Below, one piece after another: positions 1-5,384 of a stretch of DNA of 9,734 bases. Positions within the stretch are counted from its first letter, which is position 1. The number at the start of each line of letters is the position of its first letter. The translations under genes and the position numbers were made by a program. The notes beneath the pieces are model-generated. The model searched no databases, was not told the origin of the DNA, and was given only the letters and a program-made list of their open reading frames with translations. The stretch covers positions 1 to 9,734 of the forward strand of contig JAQTNI010000044.1 of NCBI GenBank assembly GCA_028713935.1. The letters are read 5' to 3'. This DNA is from Candidatus Iainarchaeum sp. GTDB taxonomy: Archaea > Iainarchaeota > Iainarchaeia > Iainarchaeales > GCA-2688035.

Positions 1-1
1 A

Positions 2-390
2 GCACTGCCAAACCGCACCCTGAAAGGAGCGGAACATTATGCAAAGTGGATGAAGCTGAAAAGATTCCTGCATGATTTCAGCAATTTGAAAAACATGCCG
101 CCTGACGCAATTGCACTCTGGGAACAATACCTTGTTTACAGCATTCCGCTTGGCGAAGCAAAAAAGTCCAGAAAGCAATGGACCTGGTTTTTGAAAATTA
201 CCAGAAAAGCTTTAATTCCGCAATTTTTATAGGGGCAATTTCAGCTTCAGACTTTGGAAGCATTGGGACAAGCATTGGAAGCTTTTCAAGCGCCTTTTCT
301 TCTGCAACTGCAACCTCTGGCGGAGGCGGCTTTGGCGGAGGAGGAGGCGGTGGGGGCGGCGGTGGCGGAGGAGGCGGAGGAGCCGGATAA
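2..390 (+). pseudogene. DUF2207-like membrane protein, C-terminal part (5' end outside the window). The reading frame is broken by a 1-nt (-1) shift at the A-run 160-166. Segments are 2..232 (frame 2) and 166..390 (frame 1; first ATG at 178).
   Basis: Frame 2 is open from the window edge: ALPNRTLKGAEHYAKWMKLKRFLHDFSNLKNMPPDAIALWEQYLVYSIPLGEAKK. It then runs 22 more codons to a TAG at 230-232. Frame 1 from nt 166 continues VQKAMDLVFENYQKSFNSAIFIGAISASDFGSIGTSIGSFSSAFSSATATSGGGGF(G)16AG with stop 388-390. Frame 1 has a TGA at 103-105, so the switch must lie between 106 and 232. The pattern W..FL.DFS...LWE.YLVY...LG.AKKV.KAM followed by a Ser/Gly-rich tail matches my memory of DUF2207 C-termini. 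This is not a database result. Confidence 0.6.
319..387 (+). repeat. Low-complexity GGN codon tract encoding GGGGF(G)16AG, the C-terminal tail of the DUF2207-like protein
   Basis: Read directly: ggc gga ggc ggc ttt ggc gga gga gga ggc ggt ggg ggc ggc ggt ggc gga gga ggc gga gga gcc gga, then taa. The complementary strand gives the spurious poly-Pro ORF 198..497. Confidence 0.85.
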
Positions 391-445
391 AAGCCAAAGC
401 AAATGGTTATTAATTTGAAATTTGAATTATTATTGTGAAAAAAAC

Positions 446-1165
446 ATGGCGAGAAAAGAAAAATTGAAAAAATTTTTGTTTGGAATTCCTTCTGCACGCA
501 GAACTGTATTGCTGGTTTTTGCAGGAATACTGGCAGGCACTACTGCAAAGCAATACAGGGATTTTTTGGATGAGTTTGGGGAATATTCGACTCAGGCAGA
601 TGTGCAAAGGCAGGAAAAATTGTTAAGGCAAGTCGAACCCCTTTATGAAGAAGCAAAAAGAAAAGACAGGGCATTTAGAGAAAAAGAGGCGGAAATTCTG
701 AAGCCGATTATCCAAAAAATTGGATTAGAACCAATGATTGGCAATGTTGGGGAAGACACTGGGCAATTTTATTACCGCGACAGGAAAGGAAATTGGAGAG
801 TCGGGCCCGGAGAACAATGGGCAAAAGAGCGCGGAACATGGGATACTGATTTTGCACGGGAACTTGAAGCAAACCCAGGCATAAAAGCCATGCGCACAGA
901 GTTGCGAAAAAACAATCCAGATGTTTATAAAAAATGGAATCGCTGGATGAACTTATCAGTAAAAAGAAGAGTTGAATTGGACTCGGCAAAGTTCAGCGCA
1001 AAGCAGCGCTCTGAAGCGCTTAAAGGGACACATAGGCGCGCAACAGGCTATGGATTGCTTGTTGCTGGCGGAGCTGGCTTCGCAGCACGTGGGATGACAG
1101 ATTATTTGAGAAGGCGCCGCGGGCAAACCCGGCCTGCAAACAGGCCACGCGGACGCAGGCCATAA
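446..1165 (+). CDS. Hypothetical protein with a hydrophobic segment near each end, a charged helical middle and an Arg-rich C-terminal tail
   Basis: The ORF track entry 422..1165 begins at TTG. The first ATG is 446 (MARKEKLKKFLFG...). The N-terminal hydrophobic stretch is TVLLVFAGILAGTTA and the C-terminal one is GYGLLVAGGAGFAA, followed by DYLRRRRGQTRPANRPRGRRP. The middle is Lys/Glu/Arg-rich (QRQEKLLRQVEPLYEEAKRKDRAFREKEAEILK). I recognise no family motif. Confidence 0.7.
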   Translation: MARKEKLKKFLFGIPSARRTVLLVFAGILAGTTAKQYRDFLDEFGEYSTQADVQRQEKLLRQVEPLYEEAKRKDRAFREKEAEILKPIIQKIGLEPMIGNVGEDTGQFYYRDRKGNWRVGPGEQWAKERGTWDTDFARELEANPGIKAMRTELRKNNPDVYKKWNRWMNLSVKRRVELDSAKFSAKQRSEALKGTHRRATGYGLLVAGGAGFAARGMTDYLRRRRGQTRPANRPRGRRP

Positions 1166-1182
1166 ATCCAATAAAATTCTTA

Positions 1183-1188
1183 TTTTTT
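1183..1188 (+). terminator. Oligo-T tract (T6) 18 nt after the stop of the 446..1165 ORF; possible archaeal-type termination signal
   Basis: The sequence cttattttttaattg lies in the 59-nt AT-rich gap before the Nudix gene. Archaeal RNAP terminates at oligo-T runs (established knowledge). Function here is inferred only. Confidence 0.25.
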
Positions 1189-1224
1189 AATTGTTTCTAA
1201 TTCTTAATTATTTCAGGGCATATT

Positions 1225-1659
1225 ATGGAACTGAAAGCTGGAAGAGATTTCATTGGGGTTGGAGTTGGAGTAATGGTAAGAAATGCAAAAGGAGATTTTT
1301 TGCTTCTGAAAAGGACTGAAAAGTGCAGGAATGAAGCTGGAAAATGGTGTTTTCCAGGCGGAAAAATTGAATTTGGCGAAAAGGTCTTTGATGCTGCAAA
1401 AAGAGAAGCGATGGAGGAAATTGGCTGCGAAGTTGAGCCTGTAAGGCTGTTGAAATTAATTGACCATATTATTCCGGAAGAAAAACAGCATTGGGCAAAC
1501 CCGATTGTGGAAGCAAAATTATTGAAAGGAAAGCCAAGAATAATGGAGCCTGAAAAATGCTCTGAAATAAAGTGGTTTTCCTTGGAAGAATTGCCTGAAG
1601 TGACAATAAACATGAAAGATTTTTTTAAGGATGTAAAAGAAGGAAAAATAAAATTGTGA
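1225..1659 (+). CDS. Nudix (MutT-family) hydrolase
   Basis: Complete Nudix box GX5EX7REUXEEXGU at residues 46-68 (nt 1360-1428): G-KIEFG-E-KVFDAAK-RE-A-M-EE-I-G-C. ATG start; 144 aa is typical for a single-domain Nudix enzyme. Substrate is not inferable. Confidence 0.9.
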   Translation: MELKAGRDFIGVGVGVMVRNAKGDFLLLKRTEKCRNEAGKWCFPGGKIEFGEKVFDAAKREAMEEIGCEVEPVRLLKLIDHIIPEEKQHWANPIVEAKLLKGKPRIMEPEKCSEIKWFSLEELPEVTINMKDFFKDVKEGKIKL

Positions 1660-1668
1660 GTGATTACA

Positions 1669-2100
1669 ATGCCATCAAATTTTACGATTGTACCTACAAT
1701 TAAACTAAGTCAAGAACAACACCAAGAATTTTTAATAACGCAAAAAGAGTTTCTAAAAGCAGTTCTGCCTCACAAGGTGCATTTAGACCCTCACCTCAAA
1801 ACTAATGGTTTTATTGCTTTGTACGGGGTAAAAATTGCTGGGTTTGTACAATATACCTATGAAGCGTCTGGCACCGCAGTGTTATTGGACAGGCTATTTG
1901 TAAGGCCTGAATTTCAGGGTACTGGTTTGGCAAGGCAATTGGTTTTACAGGTAAAAAAGACTGCTTCGGAAAATGGTGTTCACTCTATATGCTGGAGCAG
2001 AACAAAAAACGGAAAAATTGTTTATCAACGAATCAGAAAACAAGGAACTGGTAAAAGCCTTTTAGGGAATGGTATTAATTTAAGGAAAAGGGGAAAATAA
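1669..2100 (+). CDS. GNAT-family N-acetyltransferase (putative)
   Basis: Acetyl-CoA binding motif A pattern: LDRLFVRPEFQGTGLARQLVLQVKKTASENG (V.PE.QG.GLA..L). The ORF opens with GTG at 1660 immediately after the Nudix TGA (1657-1659). The first ATG is 1669, preceded by GTGAT. The start is ambiguous between 1660 and 1669. The stop TAA 2098-2100 overlaps the srp54 ATG (TAATG). Confidence 0.72.
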   Translation: MPSNFTIVPTIKLSQEQHQEFLITQKEFLKAVLPHKVHLDPHLKTNGFIALYGVKIAGFVQYTYEASGTAVLLDRLFVRPEFQGTGLARQLVLQVKKTASENGVHSICWSRTKNGKIVYQRIRKQGTGKSLLGNGINLRKRGK

Positions 2101-3464
2101 TGGGTTTGGGCGAGAAGCTGCACAATGCAATGGAAATGCTGAGAAAAGCAACTGTTTTTGACAGGGAAACAATAAAAGAGGCAATAAAAGAAATCCAGAG
2201 AGCATTGATTGCAGCCGATGTCGAAGTCCAGCTTGTCCTGGATTTGACAAAAAAAATAGAGGCAGAAGCCTTCAAAGAACTGCCAAAAGGCCTGACACGC
2301 AGGGAACACGTATTGAAAATCACTTATGAACTGCTTGTGGAACTGATTGGAGGCACTGAAACAAAAGCCCCTGAAAAGCCAAAAAGAATTTTGCTTGTGG
2401 GCCTCTATGGACAGGGAAAAACAACAACTGTTTCAAAGCTTGCAAAATATTATTCCAAAAGAGGCCTGAAAATCGGCATTGTGTGCGCCGACACTTACAG
2501 GCCTGCTGCTTTTGAACAATTAAAGCAATTGTCTGAAAAGCTTGGAATTGCTTTTTATGGAAACCCAAAGGAAAAAAAAGCAGATGCAGTTGTAAAAGAA
2601 GCCCTGAAGCAATTTTCAAATTTTGATTTGGCAATTGTTGATTCAGCAGGAAGAGACGCATTCAATGCAGAGCTTGTTTCTGAAATAAAGGCAGTGAACA
2701 ATGTTTTCAGGCCGGATTACAAATGGCTTGTGATAGGGGCTGATGTTGGGCAGCTTGCAAAAAAACAGGCAATTGCCTTTCACGATGCAGTCGGAGTCAA
2801 CGGCGTAATAATTACAAGAATGGATGGCAGTGCAAAAGGCGGAGGCGCATTAAGCGCCTGCAATATTGCAAAATGCCCAGTTGTTTTTATTGGCACAGGG
2901 GAAAAAGCAGAAGATTTAGAAGAATTTGATGCTCAAAGGTTTCTGAGCAGGGTAATGGGTTATGGAGACTTGCAGGGATTGCTTGAAAAGGCAAAAGAGC
3001 TTTCAGAAGAACAGGAATTAAGCCCTGAAGAAATCCTGCAGGGGGCATTTAATTTGGAAACTTTTTACCAGCAGTTAAAGGCAACAAAAAAAATGGGTTC
3101 AATCGGAAAAATTGCGGAAATGCTTGGAATGAAAATGCAGGTTCCGAAAGAAATCCTTGAAACAACAGAGGAAAAGCTTGATTCTTTCAAAATAATAATG
3201 GATTCAATGACAAAACAGGAAAAAACAAATCCAGATTTGTTAAATCACAAAAGAATTGAAAGGGTTTCCAAGGGAAGCGGAAAAACAGAATCACAGGTAA
3301 GGGAACTGCTGAAACAATTCAAGCAGATGCAAAAAGTCTTCAAAAAGTTTAAAGGGTTGGATGAAGCGAAGCTTGAAAAAATGCAGAAAAACGGAAAACT
3401 TGATTTTGGAAAATTATTGCAGGGATTCGGCCCGAAAAAAAAGCAAAAATTCAAGATAAGGTGA
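2100..3464 (+). CDS. srp54: Signal recognition particle protein SRP54 (archaeal type)
   Basis: N domain: IQRALIAADVEVQLV. GTPase G motifs: LVGLYGQGKTTT, CADTYRPAAFEQL, DSAGR, ITRMDGSAKGGGALSA, GTGEK. Met-rich M domain: KKMGSIGKIAEMLGMKMQ, IIMDSMTKQEKTNP, RIERVSKGSGKTESQVRELLKQFKQMQK. SAKGGGALSA and GDLQGLLEKA match the archaeal rather than the bacterial Ffh pattern as I remember it. Confidence 0.97.
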   Translation: MGLGEKLHNAMEMLRKATVFDRETIKEAIKEIQRALIAADVEVQLVLDLTKKIEAEAFKELPKGLTRREHVLKITYELLVELIGGTETKAPEKPKRILLVGLYGQGKTTTVSKLAKYYSKRGLKIGIVCADTYRPAAFEQLKQLSEKLGIAFYGNPKEKKADAVVKEALKQFSNFDLAIVDSAGRDAFNAELVSEIKAVNNVFRPDYKWLVIGADVGQLAKKQAIAFHDAVGVNGVIITRMDGSAKGGGALSACNIAKCPVVFIGTGEKAEDLEEFDAQRFLSRVMGYGDLQGLLEKAKELSEEQELSPEEILQGAFNLETFYQQLKATKKMGSIGKIAEMLGMKMQVPKEILETTEEKLDSFKIIMDSMTKQEKTNPDLLNHKRIERVSKGSGKTESQVRELLKQFKQMQKVFKKFKGLDEAKLEKMQKNGKLDFGKLLQGFGPKKKQKFKIR

Positions 3465-3468
3465 AGCA

Positions 3469-3969
3469 ATGCAAAAAAGAATTTTGAGAAGCCCGAAAGG
3501 AACGCAGCTTGATGAAAGAAAAAGGCGCCAGTGGATGCAGATAGAATTGGCTGGCAGGGCCGGATTTTCCGCTTCAAAGCATTCAATGGCATTGGAAAAA
3601 AAACTTGAGCCACTTGTGCCAAAAATTCTGACTTTGATTTTGGCGAAGCAATATGCGGATGCGCAAAAGGCAACAGCGCCAGTCACAGTAAAACTTGCAG
3701 CAACTTTTGCATTAATGGCTTTGAAAGTTAAAGACAAAACAAAAAGGCAGGAGCTGTATAACTGGGCAGTGCGCAACTCTGAAAAGTGCAATAAGGAACA
3801 ATGGACTCCGAGCAACACGGAAATTGAGGAACTTGTAAATATTTGCGGGAGCCCAGAGAATGCAGATAAATTCTGGGAACAATTCACTTCCAATTCCCAA
3901 AAAATTACGAATGAAATTTTAGAAATATTGAAACGCGAAGCCAAAAAGCACGGGCTGAGCCGCGGTTGA
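3469..3969 (+). CDS. Hypothetical protein (166 aa, soluble, basic N-terminus), tightly linked to srp54
   Basis: The ATG lies 4 nt after the srp54 stop. An AAGGTGA Shine-Dalgarno-like element (3458-3464) overlaps that stop. There is no hydrophobic segment and no motif I recognise. The coding strand choice is supported by co-orientation and spacing within the operon-like block. Confidence 0.72.
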   Translation: MQKRILRSPKGTQLDERKRRQWMQIELAGRAGFSASKHSMALEKKLEPLVPKILTLILAKQYADAQKATAPVTVKLAATFALMALKVKDKTKRQELYNWAVRNSEKCNKEQWTPSNTEIEELVNICGSPENADKFWEQFTSNSQKITNEILEILKREAKKHGLSRG

Positions 3970-3997
3970 ATCCGGCTTTTCAAAGGCGAAAAAAATT

Positions 3998-4810
3998 ATG
4001 GACCTGTTTTTGCTGAGAATCGGGGTTTTGCTTGTTGGAAGCTTTTTAGGGGGCTTGCAGGATGCAAAATCGGGAATTATTTCCGACAAAATAACTTATG
4101 CAATGATTGGCCTGGGAATAATTTTCAATCTGGCTGAATTCAACTGGATTGGGCTTGCAATTGGGGCAATTGTTTTTGGAATTGGCTATTTGATTTATTA
4201 TTTTGGAAAAATTGGCGGTGGCGATGTAAAGCTGTTTGCGGGAATTGCATTGCTAATGCCGTTTTTTTCTGGAAAAATTTTTGTGCTAAGCGTGCTGTTT
4301 GTTTCCGCTGTCCTCGCAGTGATTTTTTATGCGGTTTTTTTCACTGCAAAATACGCAAGAAAAGGCATAAACCTTGGGGAAAACAGGCAGGGAATAAGAA
4401 AAAGCGTTTTTTTTGGAATAATTTTCTTTGCATATTTTTATCTGCTTGCAAGGCTTGGAAATATACAGGCGGGAACAATAATTTTTTTGGGAACAGGGTT
4501 TGCCTGCGGCCTGGTTTTTTTGGCATTGGAAAAAGGAATCAGGAAAAACTTTTTTTTGAAAAAAATAAATCTTTCAGAACTGGAAGAAGACGAGGTAATT
4601 GCAGCGGAATTTTTGGGGCAAAAAGCAAGGGAAACACTGAAACTGGCTGGAAAAGGAATCATTGGCGAAAAAGAAAAAGAAAAGCTTGAAAAAGCGGGAA
4701 TAAAAGAAATCCTTGTTTACAGGAACCTGCCCCCGTTTGCACCGTTCATTTTCATTGCAATAATAACAGTGCTTGCCTTCCCTGAAATGGCGGGATTTTT
4801 GTTTATTTGA
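3998..4810 (+). CDS. A24-family aspartic peptidase (archaeal prepilin/preflagellin peptidase, FlaK/PibD-like)
   Basis: Polytopic membrane protein with two candidate catalytic Asp residues: D22 in GGLQDAKSG and D76 in the GxGD-type motif GKIGGGDVKLFAGIA. The spacing is close to FlaK D18/D79 and PibD D23/D80, as I recall them. A charged soluble segment (LSELEEDEVIAAEF...GEKEKEKLEKAGIKEILVY) precedes a last hydrophobic helix, as in FlaK-type enzymes. Confidence 0.88.
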   Translation: MDLFLLRIGVLLVGSFLGGLQDAKSGIISDKITYAMIGLGIIFNLAEFNWIGLAIGAIVFGIGYLIYYFGKIGGGDVKLFAGIALLMPFFSGKIFVLSVLFVSAVLAVIFYAVFFTAKYARKGINLGENRQGIRKSVFFGIIFFAYFYLLARLGNIQAGTIIFLGTGFACGLVFLALEKGIRKNFFLKKINLSELEEDEVIAAEFLGQKARETLKLAGKGIIGEKEKEKLEKAGIKEILVYRNLPPFAPFIFIAIITVLAFPEMAGFLFI

Positions 4811-4824
4811 ATCGAAGGAATGTT

Positions 4825-5337
4825 ATGCTGAACAAAAAACCAATGCGCCCAAAAAGCGCAATAAATATTGGAAAGCTTGTAAAAGTGTTGCGGCGGATGC
4901 CAAAAGGCAGGGGGACACTTGCAAGAAACCACTATTTGAAAAGGCATATTTTTAAAGGCGTGGAATATCTGGGAAACGAAGTTGAAAAATTTTATGATTC
5001 TTTAAAAAAAGTTCATGGCACAAAAGGCATTGAAGAAGTGTGCCATGGCACAGCACAAGACATTATTGACAGGCAAATCAAAAGAGGGCAAGCAAAGACA
5101 ATCCAACAGGCAATTGCCATTTCAGAAAGAGACATTGAAATGGTTCAAAAAAGAATACTAAAGATACATTTGCAAATAAGCAACAAAATGAAAATAAGCG
5201 ATGATGCCAAAAATACTGTACATTTTATGAAATACGCGGAAGCGCGCCATGAAACAGGGGAATTGGGACGCGTAATAAGCTCTTTTTGTGAACAGGTAAA
5301 ACCACGATTGGAAGCAATAAAACAGCAATACAAATGA
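4825..5337 (+). CDS. Hypothetical basic protein (170 aa) with a possible HTH-like segment
   Basis: The ORF track starts at TTG 4807, overlapping the peptidase stop. The first ATG is 4825, preceded by AAGGA (4815-4819). N-terminus: MLNKKPMRPKSAINIGK. The segment KTIQQAIAISERDIEMVQKRILK (nt 5095-5163) loosely resembles a recognition-helix region. No family is recognised. Confidence 0.68.
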   Translation: MLNKKPMRPKSAINIGKLVKVLRRMPKGRGTLARNHYLKRHIFKGVEYLGNEVEKFYDSLKKVHGTKGIEEVCHGTAQDIIDRQIKRGQAKTIQQAIAISERDIEMVQKRILKIHLQISNKMKISDDAKNTVHFMKYAEARHETGELGRVISSFCEQVKPRLEAIKQQYK

Positions 5338-5384
5338 ATTGGCCTTGTTTATTCCCAAGCACTAATCCGGCCTTAAGCGGAGAG

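Noticed and set aside
319-387. G-rich tract as a potential G-quadruplex or regulatory element
   Set aside because: The G-runs are mostly 2-3 nt, interrupted every codon. The tract is fully explained as Gly codons of a protein tail.
422-445. Upstream TTG/GTG start extensions offered by the ORF track (422, 1660, 4807, 6284, 7412, 8353)
   Set aside because: In each case an ATG lies 2-14 codons downstream and gives a better N-terminus. Examples are the GxxGxxG at the very start of the epimerase, and TATA-like or SD-like spacing. The extensions add implausible residues or overlap the preceding gene. The choice between 1660 and 1669 remains genuinely ambiguous.
198-497. 99-aa minus-strand ORF containing a long poly-Pro run
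   Set aside because: It is the reverse complement of the GGN Gly-codon tract of the DUF2207-like gene and runs across an intergenic region. It is a shadow ORF with no independent support.
1197-1613. 138-aa minus-strand ORF antisense to the Nudix gene
   Set aside because: The plus strand carries a complete Nudix box. The antisense product is low-complexity (Ser/Phe/Ile-rich) with no motif. It is a shadow ORF.
1225-2100. Nudix + GNAT abutting genes as a possible GNAT-toxin/antitoxin or defence pair
   Set aside because: GNAT toxins pair with small RHH/DUF1778 antitoxins, not with a 144-aa Nudix enzyme. Both genes sit in a housekeeping operon-like block ending in srp54. There is no supporting feature.
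1669-2100. Impression that the GNAT gene uses different codons (more GGT, GTA, TTA, CTA) and might be horizontally acquired
   Set aside because: Hand counts of four 60-nt stretches gave 28-50% GC (mean about 38%), not clearly different from neighbouring genes. That is too little data to support a claim without a proper codon-usage computation.
3469-3620. LDERKRRQWMQIELAGRAGFSASKHSMALEKKLEP reminded me of the AGYS-type HTH at the N-terminus of phage terminase small subunits
   Set aside because: The resemblance is confined to a few residues. There are no other phage or virus genes (large terminase, portal, capsid, integrase) in the window, and the context is a housekeeping operon.
3245-3983. 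Minus-strand ORFs of 142 and 189 aa antisense to the srp54 3' end and the 3469-3969 gene
   Set aside because: They overlap a confidently identified srp54 and break the co-oriented operon spacing. Their Phe/Ser/Leu/Cys-rich composition is typical of antisense frames of Lys/Glu-rich genes.
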